Origin: an uncultured virus (IMG/VR IMGVR_UViG_3300031951_000061)
Lineage: Duplodnaviria > Heunggongvirae > Uroviricota > Caudoviricetes
DNA: 64,000 nucleotides
IMG/VR virus record: IMGVR_UViG_3300031951_000061
Reading direction: 5' to 3' (one strand)
Shown here: positions 18,482-27,267 of the stretch, one piece after another
How the letters are laid out: the number at the start of each line of letters is the position of its first letter
How positions within the stretch are numbered: the stretch's first letter is position 1
Made by a program: the position numbers and the translations under genes
Notes under the pieces: generated by a model
Databases searched by the model: none
Told to the model about the DNA's origin: nothing
What the model saw: the letters and a program-made list of their open reading frames with translations, nothing else

Positions 18482-18692
18482 TTTTATCTCCATATTTATT
18501 TGGTATATTCCAACCAATACGGGTAGGTTTATAAATTCTATGCAAATACCACTTATCTTTTACTCTAATTCCTAAAGGAGAGGTTCTTGCTATATCAGAT
18601 TCTTTTAAATCAACGACATCCCAACCACTCCAAAATAAGTTTTTGTTTTTATTTACAATTTTTTCCATTGTATTTAAACTTTTAATTATCAT
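18471..18692 (-). CDS. hypothetical protein
   Basis: MIIKSLNTMEKIV..WSGWDVV; AGGAG SD. Confidence 0.7.
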   Translation of the reverse strand: MIIKSLNTMEKIVNKNKNLFWSGWDVVDLKESDIARTSPLGIRVKDKWYLHRIYKPTRIGWNIPNKYGDKNEK

Positions 18693-18699
18693 TTTTCTC

Positions 18700-19050
18700 C
18701 TAATATCTAAAAAGACCGACGTCAATATTATTTGCTTCTGCAGTTAAAACCAATTTTGATTTTAGTTCTTTTGGACGACTTAAAAAAACAAAGTAATTAA
18801 TTTGATTTATATTTTCATTTAACCATGCAGGAGCAGCATTATAGAATTTAATTTTTTTGCCTCTTGCTTTCATCCCACGTTCTGACAAATTGCAAAATTC
18901 TGAAACAAAATTATTAATTTTTAATGGTCCAGCAGAATAAATAATGAAGTCATTATCTCCATTTTTCATTCCAGACAAAGCAACGCTCATAGCACGTAAA
19001 AATACGCTATAATCATTAAACTCTTTTGTTCCCTGCACTGCCACTATCAT
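18700..19050 (-). CDS. SLOG/YspA-like protein
   Basis: MIVAVQGTKEFNDY N-terminus. Confidence 0.5.
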   Translation of the reverse strand: MIVAVQGTKEFNDYSVFLRAMSVALSGMKNGDNDFIIYSAGPLKINNFVSEFCNLSERGMKARGKKIKFYNAAPAWLNENINQINYFVFLSRPKELKSKLVLTAEANNIDVGLFRY

Positions 19051-19444
19051 TTGGTCTTACCCCTTGCTTTAAGTCATCAAGTATTGATAACATTTTGTCT
19101 AACTCTGTTTTTGACATATTTTCAAAATTTAATTGTTTTATTGTGTTTTCATCTACTCTGCCATTAATAGCATCAGCAGTATAAAAAATGTTATCCAATA
19201 TCCAATATGCCTTGCCTTCGGTTATTACTACCTTTAACATATTTTTTTGAATATGTTTTTCAGATTGCGTAATAAGTCTAGGCTTATCAAATTTTTGTTT
19301 TGGAACAACATCTTTAATCATTTCATATATGTCACTTTGTTTATATTTAATTTTTTTTAAAAATGTTATTCTTTTTTTATTTGATATCTTAATTATAGAC
19401 CAAGAGACAATCAATGTCAAGCCTATAACTAATAAATATTCCAT
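19016..19444 (-). CDS. membrane-anchored hypothetical protein
   Basis: N-terminal TM; KAYWILDNIFY. Confidence 0.7.
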   Translation of the reverse strand: MEYLLVIGLTLIVSWSIIKISNKKRITFLKKIKYKQSDIYEMIKDVVPKQKFDKPRLITQSEKHIQKNMLKVVITEGKAYWILDNIFYTADAINGRVDENTIKQLNFENMSKTELDKMLSILDDLKQGVRPNDSGSAGNKRV

Positions 19445-19445
19445 A

Positions 19446-19607
19446 CTATTTAGATTTTTTTGTTGATTCTTTTGTTAAACCTAAAATCATAGAATTAAGT
19501 TTATTAATCTCAAGTTGTAACTTTAATGAATCTAACTCTGTATCAGATAGTTTTTGTTTATAAAATCCTATTAATTGAATTAACTCATTTTTTTCTAAAT
19601 TATCCAC
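19446..19607 (-). CDS. small coiled-coil protein, 53 aa (not in ORF track)
   Basis: GTG start after AGGGGG; MDNLEKNELIQLIGFYKQKLSD.. Confidence 0.55.
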   Translation of the reverse strand: MDNLEKNELIQLIGFYKQKLSDTELDSLKLQLEINKLNSMILGLTKESTKKSK

Positions 19608-19617
19608 ATTTCCCCCT

Positions 19618-19986
19618 TTATTTTTTTAGATCAAATGCAGTTCCCTGCCAAACCTTTTCTACTTGTTTCTTTTCTCTTTCAACAATAGCACGACTCCATG
19701 CAAATCCTGCATCTCCACCCCAAGCATCCCACATAATTCTTCCATTAGATGGGAACTCTGGACCATCGTAAAAACCTTTTCCCTTTTTATCTACTTCGTG
19801 ACGGGAAAAGAAAGAGAACATTCTTTTAACAGTACTAAGAGACATTGCTGATCCATTTACAATATCTGTTGCTCTACCCCAACCTACTGGAGTCCCAGCA
19901 CCTGTTGCTTTACCGTCTTCTTTCCATTTTAAAGCACGACGAGCAGCAGCCTTCATGCCAGCATTTGGTGTATATGTATCAGCCAT
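19618..19986 (-). CDS. phage protein with a module typical of head-morphogenesis proteins
   Basis: GAGTPVGWGRA, RMFSFFSRHE, GRIMWDAWGGDAG. Confidence 0.6.
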   Translation of the reverse strand: MADTYTPNAGMKAAARRALKWKEDGKATGAGTPVGWGRATDIVNGSAMSLSTVKRMFSFFSRHEVDKKGKGFYDGPEFPSNGRIMWDAWGGDAGFAWSRAIVEREKKQVEKVWQGTAFDLKK

Positions 19987-20179
19987 CTTGTCTTACCTTA
20001 TTTTTTTCATATGACTTACCCCAAAAAAATGATCCAATCATTAATAAACCTATTACTAGTGAGTGCCAAAAATAAAACATGCTCATTTTTTACCGTCTTT
20101 CTTTTTTTGTTTTTCAATACGTTTTTCTTTAAGAGTCATCTTTGGCTCTTTCTTTTTATTGGTATTACCCTTTTGTTCT

Positions 20180-20347
20180 TTATTGGCCACTTGCTACCAC
20201 CCTTATTTTATTTTTTCCTGGTCTATATGGACCAAGATCTGCTTTTATTCTACCGTCTTTTCTTAAACGGACTATTCTTCCATCTTTAATTTGTAATGGA
20301 TTAAAACCATGATCTTTAAAATATGAACCTGAAGATTTTTTAGACAT
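20180..20347 (-). CDS. small basic protein, 55 aa (not in ORF track)
   Basis: MSKKSSGSYFKDHGFNPLQIKDGRIVRLRKDGRIKADLG; TAATG overlap. Confidence 0.6.
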   Translation of the reverse strand: MSKKSSGSYFKDHGFNPLQIKDGRIVRLRKDGRIKADLGPYRPGKNKIRVVASGQ

Positions 20348-21408
20348 TATTTTTTAAACGGATTTAAATCAAATATAGATCCGCCCCAACTAGTCATACC
20401 TTTACGAGCCATATTGTTCCAATCTTCTGGCAACATATCTGTTGCATTTAATTCTTTTGCACGACGAACAATATGTGCTTTTGCTTTTTCATAATCTTTT
20501 GCACGACCGACAGAACGAATTGCATTCATAAGGTCTGCACGATTTGAGATTGGGAATGATCCATCAGGCATTGCATTTCCAGATTCTGCCATTCTTTCAC
20601 GGGACGCTGTAGAATAATCACGTTTTTCTGATTTATAAGTTCCGCCACGACGTTTATATTCTTGAACTACCCAAGAATTAGCAACTGCAGATGGATACAC
20701 ATCAAATTTATCTTTTGCTTCTTGAATAATACGTGCATAAAGTCTAGCATTTGCTGGCTCACCTTTACGTGGCTTAATAAATTCATCATAGTTTGGTTTT
20801 TTTGCTTTATCAATTTCATTTGACTTACTTACTGGAACACAATTAGGAACCATACGTCCGTCTTTTTCTTTCATACCACGTTGCTCATATCCAACCCAAC
20901 ATGCTTTTGTCATGTTGTCCCATTTATCTTCATCCTCATTATCAGACTCGTATGAATCATCTTCTTTATCATTATTGTCCATAGATTTATCCATACCAAC
21001 ATTAGATTCAAGAGATGGCATTGCCATAACTTCAGATGCTTTTTTACCAATAAAATATTCTGTTTCTTCTAATCCGCCTTCTTCCATTTCAAAAAGTTGA
21101 ATTAATACTGCAGGTTCTGTAGCGGATGCTGCAAGTGCATATTCTGATCCAGGAAAACCTAGCATTCCTTCTGTCATTACATGAACAACACGACCAACAT
21201 AAACTTCGTCGTCATTTGGTGCCATTACCATGTCGCCTTCTTTAACCATGCTTTTACCTATGTTCCCCTCTGATCTATTAATTGCATAAATTTGTGCTGC
21301 TGCCTGTCCTCGTGTTTTGTGACAGCCCATAACTTCGTTGGTACCCTCTTTTAAAGCAGGGTAGCCAGAACAACCGTATGAACCTTTAGCACCTACACGA
21401 TATGGCAT
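20347..21408 (-). CDS. multi-module phage protein, putative head-associated
   Basis: Short modules CWVGYEQRGMK..VPNCVP, YPSAVANSWVVQEYKRRGG, AMPDGSFPISN; acidic linkers. Confidence 0.6.
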   Translation of the reverse strand: MPYRVGAKGSYGCSGYPALKEGTNEVMGCHKTRGQAAAQIYAINRSEGNIGKSMVKEGDMVMAPNDDEVYVGRVVHVMTEGMLGFPGSEYALAASATEPAVLIQLFEMEEGGLEETEYFIGKKASEVMAMPSLESNVGMDKSMDNNDKEDDSYESDNEDEDKWDNMTKACWVGYEQRGMKEKDGRMVPNCVPVSKSNEIDKAKKPNYDEFIKPRKGEPANARLYARIIQEAKDKFDVYPSAVANSWVVQEYKRRGGTYKSEKRDYSTASRERMAESGNAMPDGSFPISNRADLMNAIRSVGRAKDYEKAKAHIVRRAKELNATDMLPEDWNNMARKGMTSWGGSIFDLNPFKK

Positions 21409-21427
21409 TTTACTATTATATCAGGGT

Positions 21428-21814
21428 TTAGTTGTTTGGATGCTTGCCAGACAGCCTTTTAAGTTCTTCAATAGACCATTTTTCACGCTTGGTTAACTTA
21501 GACATTTCTGTTTTATCAAATGATTTTAATGCTAATGTAACTACTGGATCTTTAGATAAAAAGTCTATGTCTACATACCCTCTTTCCCACAAAGACAATA
21601 TCTCAGCGTTTACAGCATTCATGTGGTCATCATATAATTCTGGCATTAACTGTTTAATTTTAGGAGTAAATGAATATAGCAATGACCCATCTTCAGAGTC
21701 AATACCAGCAACCTCTAGACCACCTTCAAGAATTAATTTTTCAATCATTTCATTTTCATCTGAAGTCATGCTTTTCCCATCTGGATTAAATATTCTCTTG
21801 AATAGTTTTTTCAT
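21428..21814 (-). CDS. hypothetical protein
   Basis: 128-aa ORF; LEVAGIDSEDGSLLY. Confidence 0.7.
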   Translation of the reverse strand: MKKLFKRIFNPDGKSMTSDENEMIEKLILEGGLEVAGIDSEDGSLLYSFTPKIKQLMPELYDDHMNAVNAEILSLWERGYVDIDFLSKDPVVTLALKSFDKTEMSKLTKREKWSIEELKRLSGKHPNN

Positions 21815-22064
21815 AATTAATAAAATTTTCCAATTCTTCCCTTGTTTTTACACCAGTGGTACGATTTATTTCCTTACCTTCTTTTAATAAAACAAATGTT
21901 GGAACAGATTTAATTTCAAAATTTTTAGCCATTTCATTTTCTATATCAACATCAACCATTTGAAAAATTCCAGGAACGTAGTCCCTGTTTAATTCTTTAA
22001 CGATGGGTTTTACTTTTTTGCACGGCTGACACCAATCTGCAGTAAAGTAAAGTATTGTTTTCAT
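21786..22064 (-). CDS. thioredoxin
   Basis: FTADWCQPCK, IKSVPTF. Confidence 0.92.
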   Translation of the reverse strand: MKTILYFTADWCQPCKKVKPIVKELNRDYVPGIFQMVDVDIENEMAKNFEIKSVPTFVLLKEGKEINRTTGVKTREELENFINYEKTIQENI

Positions 22065-22468
22065 TTTCCAGACTTTGCTCTAGCCTTTTTAAGAACTTCA
22101 AAATCCTTAACTTTAGTTTCTCCAAGATATCCCCAAGCATATCCATCATTAATCATCTTATCATTTAATGATTCTGTATCTCCATTAACATATAACCAGC
22201 CCAAAATGCGACCATACTTTTCTGATGAGTTCATCTTTTCAGTTTTAATAACAACAGATTTTGCATCTTTAAGATGTTTCTTTAAATACTCTTTAGATTC
22301 AAGACCAAGTGCTTTTTCAACTTTATCTGTTGTGCGTGACTCTGGTGTATCAATACCCGCTAAACGAACACGGGAAGAAAACAAAATATCAAACCCTAAA
22401 TCAATAATTACATCAATGGTATCTCCATCAACCACATTTTTAACTTCTTTTACAAAATATTGATACAT
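22061..22468 (-). CDS. thermonuclease (SNase-like)
   Basis: VVDGDTID, RLAGIDTPE, EKYGRILG. Confidence 0.9.
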   Translation of the reverse strand: MYQYFVKEVKNVVDGDTIDVIIDLGFDILFSSRVRLAGIDTPESRTTDKVEKALGLESKEYLKKHLKDAKSVVIKTEKMNSSEKYGRILGWLYVNGDTESLNDKMINDGYAWGYLGETKVKDFEVLKKARAKSGK

Positions 22469-22725
22469 TATATTGCTCCAATTGCTCTATTTTCTATTAG
22501 TTTTTCACGTTCATCAACAACCTCTAACATAAAAGCCATCATTTTATTATGTGACTCAGGGTCATTCATTATTTTTTCATAGTGGTGTCCACAAAACATT
22601 AACTCTCCAGAAACACCTTTTACTTTAATTAATGCTTGTGCTAGACACTTATCACAACGATCATTAGCATTTAGTATATACTTTTTTGAAACTACACTGG
22701 GATGTTCTTTAACAATGCTAGTCAT
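22468..22725 (-). CDS. small zinc-finger protein
   Basis: DRCDKC..FCGHH; leaderless start 7 nt after TATAAT. Confidence 0.7.
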   Translation of the reverse strand: MTSIVKEHPSVVSKKYILNANDRCDKCLAQALIKVKGVSGELMFCGHHYEKIMNDPESHNKMMAFMLEVVDEREKLIENRAIGAI

Positions 22726-22740
22726 AGTGTTATTATACAT

Positions 22741-22914
22741 CTACTTTCTGTTGTCAGTTGAATAAAATCCGCTACCGTTAAAAATTGCAGCAGGAGCACT
22801 CCAAAGCCTTTGCATTGATTGATTACAACAGACTGGATATTTATCTTCATTAATTGTTTTTTCAAATTCAACTTGTCCAGAACAAACAGAACACTTATAG
22901 TCATATCTTGGCAT
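22741..22914 (-). CDS. FmdB-family zinc-ribbon protein, 57 aa (not in ORF track)
   Basis: MPRYDYKCSVC..PVCC..FNGSGFYSTD; AAGGAG SD. Confidence 0.85.
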   Translation of the reverse strand: MPRYDYKCSVCSGQVEFEKTINEDKYPVCCNQSMQRLWSAPAAIFNGSGFYSTDNRK

Positions 22915-22942
22915 TTAGTTACTCCTTTCTTTTAATAAGTAG

Positions 22943-22969
22943 TGAGCAGTTTATGGACATGCTCAGGTC
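22943..22969 (-). ncRNA. small pseudoknot motif, copy 2, in the 5' UTR of the FmdB gene
   Basis: GAC-CTGAGCAT-GTC-CATAAAC-TGCTCA, just downstream of TATAAT (22978-22983). Confidence 0.55.
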
Positions 22970-22992
22970 TTATATATATTATACAACGTTAG

Positions 22993-23424
22993 TTACTTTT
23001 TTGCAACTTTGATTGCAATTTCTTTTGGCTTTTTATCCTCTGGAATAATGCGATCAATGTCAATATATAACATACCATCTTTCATTTCGGCACCAGTTAC
23101 TTCCATATATTCACCAAGTGCAAATGTGCGGGTAAATTTTCTACCAGCAATGCCTTTATGAACAACTTCTGCATCTGTTGCTTCAACAAGTTCTCCCCTA
23201 ATGATTAATGTTCCATTATCTACAGATACATTAATGTCATCTTTAGAGAATCCAGCAACTGCTAAAGATAATTTATATTTATCTTCGTTTAATTTAATAA
23301 TGTCATATGGCGGATATGCCTGACGAGTTGCTAGGTTATGTATTGCATTTAAACGGTCCAACTCTCTGTTGAAACCAATAAAAAATGGATCCTTAAAAAG
23401 ATCCAATGTCAATGAACTTACCAT
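22993..23424 (-). CDS. hsp20: Hsp20 small heat-shock protein (IbpA-like)
   Basis: YPPYDI, LAVAGF, GIAGRKFTRTF, A.MKDGML, IPEDKKPKEI. Confidence 0.95.
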   Translation of the reverse strand: MVSSLTLDLFKDPFFIGFNRELDRLNAIHNLATRQAYPPYDIIKLNEDKYKLSLAVAGFSKDDINVSVDNGTLIIRGELVEATDAEVVHKGIAGRKFTRTFALGEYMEVTGAEMKDGMLYIDIDRIIPEDKKPKEIAIKVAKK

Positions 23425-23432
23425 GTTATGTT

Positions 23433-23494
23433 CTCCTTTTCAGCGAGTTTCATTTTTTGTACCCCCATTTGGCAGGTACAATATTATTATACCA
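23433..23494 (-). promoter_or_regulatory. extended -10 promoter and ROSE-like thermometer 5' UTR of hsp20
   Basis: TGGTATAAT; hairpin TGTACC/GGTACA; then CTC(G)CT-GAAA-AGGAG sequestering the SD. Confidence 0.6.
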
Positions 23495-23498
23495 TATG

Positions 23499-24203
23499 CT
23501 AGTCTATTAAGTTTTGTTTAATTTGATTTAAAATATATTTTTTTCCTTTAAATTTATTGTAGTATACTTGCATACTTGCCCCCCTTTTATTACCGCTATT
23601 TGCCTTTCTAACATCTGCTAGCATTTGTTTTAAATTTTCATTATATCTAAATTGTTTAAATTTTATTTTTTCTTCAGTATGAAATTTTAAATAATATAAA
23701 ACATCTTCATTATTAACTATAAATTCATCATACTCTTTTTTTAAAATAAATGGAAATTCTAAATTACGAAAATATTTTCCTATATTAAAATCTCCAGGAA
23801 TTATCATACATCTTTTAGTAATTTCATTATCTTCAAAAAATGGATACTGATAAGCACTCATATTTAAATCATCTTCTTCTGTAAAAAAAATATATCTTAC
23901 ATTAAAAGAAAAAAATTTTTTTTCAAGCAATCTTATAAAAACATGTTCATCAAAAAATTTTTGGTCATGGTCTGATGAAACACATTGGCCGTTTTCAACT
24001 TTAAAAGAATAATCATATATTGATTTTACTGCATAAGTATTTGTCAATGATCCATTAAAAACAGGACAGTGATTAATTGCTATTGGAGATGATCTATTGT
24101 CATCTTTAATGCCCATAGAATAAAATCTTTTACTTACTTTTTCTGGCTCAACTGCTTTTATCCACTCATCTTCAATACAAGCCCAATAAATAGTTATTGC
24201 CAT
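23499..24203 (-). CDS. uncharacterised protein, possible distant relative of paralogs A-E
   Basis: Similar length; HCPVF, IIPGDFNIGKYFR, EDVLYYLKF. Confidence 0.55.
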   Translation of the reverse strand: MAITIYWACIEDEWIKAVEPEKVSKRFYSMGIKDDNRSSPIAINHCPVFNGSLTNTYAVKSIYDYSFKVENGQCVSSDHDQKFFDEHVFIRLLEKKFFSFNVRYIFFTEEDDLNMSAYQYPFFEDNEITKRCMIIPGDFNIGKYFRNLEFPFILKKEYDEFIVNNEDVLYYLKFHTEEKIKFKQFRYNENLKQMLADVRKANSGNKRGASMQVYYNKFKGKKYILNQIKQNLID

Positions 24204-24234
24204 TTTTTCTCCTTTATTTTATTGTAACATATTG

Positions 24235-24306
24235 TACCCCCAAGGGGAATTGAACCCCTGTTACCACCGTGAAAGGGTGATGTCCTAACCACTAGACGAT
24301 GAGGGC
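24235..24306 (-). tRNA. tRNA-Glu(TTC)
   Basis: GCCCTCATCGTCTAGTGGTTAGGACATCACCC-TTTCA-CGGTGG..GTTCAATTCCCC; no encoded CCA. Confidence 0.95.
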
Positions 24307-24307
24307 G

Positions 24308-24382
24308 TGGAGCGGAAGACGGGATTTGAACCCGCAACATCTACCTTGGCAAGGTAGTACTCTACCGTTGAGTTACTTCCGC
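24308..24382 (-). tRNA. tRNA-Gly(GCC)
   Basis: GCGGAAGTAACTCAACGGTAGAGTACTACCTTGCCAAGGTAG..GTTCAAATCCCGTCTTCCGCTCCA. Confidence 0.96.
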
Positions 24383-24394
24383 AACACTAAATTA

Positions 24395-25042
24395 TTACTT
24401 TTTTACCCAATTATCAATAAGTACTAACAGTCTGTCAATCTTTGCTCGTAATAAACTAAGATTTTGTAATGCAACACTATATGATACTTCCGCTGCTGTC
24501 TTTCTTTCATCAAAAGATGCTGATTCTGTTTTTGATTTTGTAGTAGCAGATATTTCTGCTTTAGTCTTTTGACTTAAATCAGCAGGTTTTTCTATTTTAC
24601 CCATATCTCTAAATCCGTTTATAACCCAATCAGTTCCTAATGTATCGCCATAAGTAAATGTATATGTGCTGCCAAAAATAGTACCTGCTAAAGTTACAGG
24701 TTCTTCATTTTCATCTTCTGAAACAACACTCTCTTCAGTTTGTGTAATTGTGATAGGTCTATTTACGGTAAATGTAGCAGTATTATCATTATACGTTGTT
24801 GTTCCTGGACCATTCCAAATACCGCCACGATTGGCATTAGTAGTTGGGTCTGCTGCTACCTGTAAAACCACCCTATCTCCACCAAATGTACCACTGGCAC
24901 ATGCTTCTCCACAAACAATTATATTTTTAACATTTCCATTTGCATCAAGAACAGCATATGTTGGATCAGCAACTGCTGGAGAAATACTAAATAACAATAT
25001 TGCTGCTGAAATAAAACTTATACTTTTAATATTTTTTTTCAT
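24395..25042 (-). CDS. secreted hypothetical protein
   Basis: Signal peptide ending PAVA; NIIVCGEAC. Confidence 0.7.
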   Translation of the reverse strand: MKKNIKSISFISAAILLFSISPAVADPTYAVLDANGNVKNIIVCGEACASGTFGGDRVVLQVAADPTTNANRGGIWNGPGTTTYNDNTATFTVNRPITITQTEESVVSEDENEEPVTLAGTIFGSTYTFTYGDTLGTDWVINGFRDMGKIEKPADLSQKTKAEISATTKSKTESASFDERKTAAEVSYSVALQNLSLLRAKIDRLLVLIDNWVKK

Positions 25043-25054
25043 CTTACCCCTTTA

Positions 25055-25273
25055 TTAGTTGTTTTTTATTTTAATTACTACCTGACAAGGGTCTCCGCCC
25101 TCTTCCCACTCTTGTGCCTCTTCGTCACTCATATAGGGATCTCCCTCATGAGTATTGCAGAACGGTTCTGTTACCCAGCCCCGCTCAATTCCATTAGTTA
25201 GCCAAATCTCAAACTCGTCAAGATTTGATGCCTCACTTTGAATGTCTTTTAATATGTCATCAAAATTTGCCAT
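25055..25273 (-). CDS. hypothetical acidic protein
   Basis: GIERGWVTEPFCNTHEG..DPC; leaderless promoter. Confidence 0.75.
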   Translation of the reverse strand: MANFDDILKDIQSEASNLDEFEIWLTNGIERGWVTEPFCNTHEGDPYMSDEEAQEWEEGGDPCQVVIKIKNN

Positions 25274-25279
25274 ATATAA

Positions 25280-25308
25280 ATTATACTGTAGTTAACTATA
25301 AAAGTCAA
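25280..25308 (-). promoter_or_regulatory. sigma70-type promoter, leaderless
   Basis: TTGACT, N17, TATAAT; ATG 7 nt downstream. Confidence 0.7.
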
Positions 25309-26093
25309 CTTTTCTTTTTTTTAGGTAATTGATGGTCTTTAAATTTATTTCCTTTAATATCTTTTCCAAGATAGTATATTCTATCTGGTTTAAACTTATC
25401 ATTCTGTGAATGTGTTCTAAAATCGGCATGTTGGTTGGCTACATTAATTTCTTCTTCTACTATATTTTTATCAAAAATATCATAAGCATTTTTTAATTCA
25501 AAAGAATCACAAAAATATCTTGGTATTGGTAATAATCCAACCAATGGCGTATTCTTATCAATAACTAGTTCTATGTTTGGCAAATCTATTTTTATGTTTA
25601 ATGTAAAAGAAAACCTAAGATTATCAGACTCTACAACTCCAGTCATAGGGCTTAATCCAACTAATGGAAAGTTTGGTGGAGCAATTGTCATTAAATTAAT
25701 CCCTGGCGGTGTTTTTAAAGTTAATGGAAAATGTAATGTTAAAATTCCATTTCCAAATTCTGATTTTGGATAAATAAAATTAATATTTTTATATTTTTCA
25801 AAATCTTCAAAATATTTTATGGATATATCTTCTGGAAAATTTCCACCATTCCAAAAAACACTAATTTTATATGGTAAACTAAAAATAAAACCCTGCATAT
25901 TTCCAATTGCTAATGGCAAACATTTATAAAAAAAGGGATTAAACCAACTTCTTTGATGATTTATATTTAACGGATTTAAAAATAAGTTTATGTCTTTTAA
26001 ATCAAATTGTTTTAATCCATCTTCTGCTACAATTGGGAAAAATGCAATTGTTTTATCTGGAACAACAAGCCCATCATCTTGATTAATTATCAT
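25305..26093 (-). CDS. DUF6065-like protein (dUTPase-fold-like, distant paralog)
   Basis: FYKCLPLAIGNMQGF, FGNGILT, TPPGINL..PPN, GVVESD, TPLVGLLPIPR. Confidence 0.65.
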   Translation of the reverse strand: MIINQDDGLVVPDKTIAFFPIVAEDGLKQFDLKDINLFLNPLNINHQRSWFNPFFYKCLPLAIGNMQGFIFSLPYKISVFWNGGNFPEDISIKYFEDFEKYKNINFIYPKSEFGNGILTLHFPLTLKTPPGINLMTIAPPNFPLVGLSPMTGVVESDNLRFSFTLNIKIDLPNIELVIDKNTPLVGLLPIPRYFCDSFELKNAYDIFDKNIVEEEINVANQHADFRTHSQNDKFKPDRIYYLGKDIKGNKFKDHQLPKKKKS

Positions 26094-26101
26094 TTAATTA
26101 A

Positions 26102-26626
26102 TTATATACTTACCACGTCAATAGGCCCCATACAGGATGGGCTAAATTTAATGGCAGCATTTACTGCTCCAACCACTCTTTTGCGAGGGTCTTTAGATTT
26201 TTCTGTAGCATTTAAATAACCATAGGCATACTCAGCCCCAGAACCCATTGCCAAATAATCTAAATTATATTTAGATAAAGACATATCAACTGCATTATGC
26301 TCATATATTTGTCCTTTAATACAAATAATTAAACCAAGGTCAGCCTCTTTGCCAGTATCAACCCACCAATCACTGTAAAAATTTCTTAATTGTTTAATAA
26401 ATTTAGTTTGCATAAACTTATCCACGTCTTTTATATCTGGAACGTATGGATTAAAGTTATATCTAATTCGTTCTCCATCCAATGCCCCTGCATATCCAAG
26501 CAAATATGGGCCAAGTTTCCAAACTTTTGGGGCTGTTAAAGAAAGTATTGTATTATCATCGGAAGCACCACGATCACCAGCCATATATATTTTATTTTCA
26601 TGACGAACTACAGCCAAGACTGTCAT
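26102..26626 (-). CDS. proteasome beta/HslV-like Ntn hydrolase
   Basis: After Met removal: Thr1, Asp17, Lys33; AMGSG. Confidence 0.8.
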   Translation of the reverse strand: MTVLAVVRHENKIYMAGDRGASDDNTILSLTAPKVWKLGPYLLGYAGALDGERIRYNFNPYVPDIKDVDKFMQTKFIKQLRNFYSDWWVDTGKEADLGLIICIKGQIYEHNAVDMSLSKYNLDYLAMGSGAEYAYGYLNATEKSKDPRKRVVGAVNAAIKFSPSCMGPIDVVSI

Positions 26627-26654
26627 ATAAAAATCCCCTCAGAGTATACATTTA

Positions 26655-26683
26655 AGTATACCAAACCCTTTTTACTTAGTCAA
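26655..26683 (-). promoter_or_regulatory. sigma70-type promoter
   Basis: TTGACT, N17, TATACT preceded by TGG. Confidence 0.65.
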
Positions 26684-26689
26684 AGACCT

Positions 26690-27265
26690 TTATTTGATGG
26701 TTTGACCACATGCTGAGCATGTTTTAGGCTTGGCAGCAGCCTTTTTAGCAGTACCCGCAGGGGCAGAGCCAAACTTAGGTCTACCAAACCCTACAATAGA
26801 AACCATAATGCCTTTTTTATTTTTTTTAAAGGCACGAAGTTTTTTACAAACCTCTCCACCATTACGTTGGCTACCTTTAGGATCTCCAGAAGTATTGCCT
26901 TCTATGCACCATACAGTACCGTCGCCATTATCAGCAACGACAATACCTACGTGAGAAATTCTATCTACTCCATCAGATGGAAAATCAAAGTATGCAACAT
27001 CTCCTAGTTCTGGATCTGCTACATCTCCATCAATCCAATTACCTGCTTTTTTAAATGCTGCTGCACCACCTGGGGTAAAAACAGTATTAGGAATTTTTAC
27101 TCCTGCTTCATTAGCACACCAGTTAACAAATGATCCACACCAAGGCTGAAAATCTGCCTTAGTAAATTTACCATACTTGGTTTCATTATCTTTTGGACCC
27201 TCTATAGTACCAATTTCTGCTGTAGCAACTTCAATAAATCTTTCTGCTGTGCCTTGTGCTGCCAT
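26690..27265 (-). CDS. CHAP-domain peptidoglycan hydrolase (endolysin)
   Basis: PWCGSFVNWC, SHVGIV, CIEGNT. Confidence 0.85.
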   Translation of the reverse strand: MAAQGTAERFIEVATAEIGTIEGPKDNETKYGKFTKADFQPWCGSFVNWCANEAGVKIPNTVFTPGGAAAFKKAGNWIDGDVADPELGDVAYFDFPSDGVDRISHVGIVVADNGDGTVWCIEGNTSGDPKGSQRNGGEVCKKLRAFKKNKKGIMVSIVGFGRPKFGSAPAGTAKKAAAKPKTCSACGQTIK

Positions 27266-27267
27266 TT

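Noticed and set aside
22722..22904. 60-aa ORF from the track
   Set aside because: The overlapping frame 22741-22914 encodes a clear FmdB-type protein with an SD
26708..26722. ACATGCTGAGCATGT palindrome containing CTGAGCAT as a third pseudoknot copy
   Set aside because: No downstream AAACTGCT, and it encodes the TCSAC of the endolysin on the other strand
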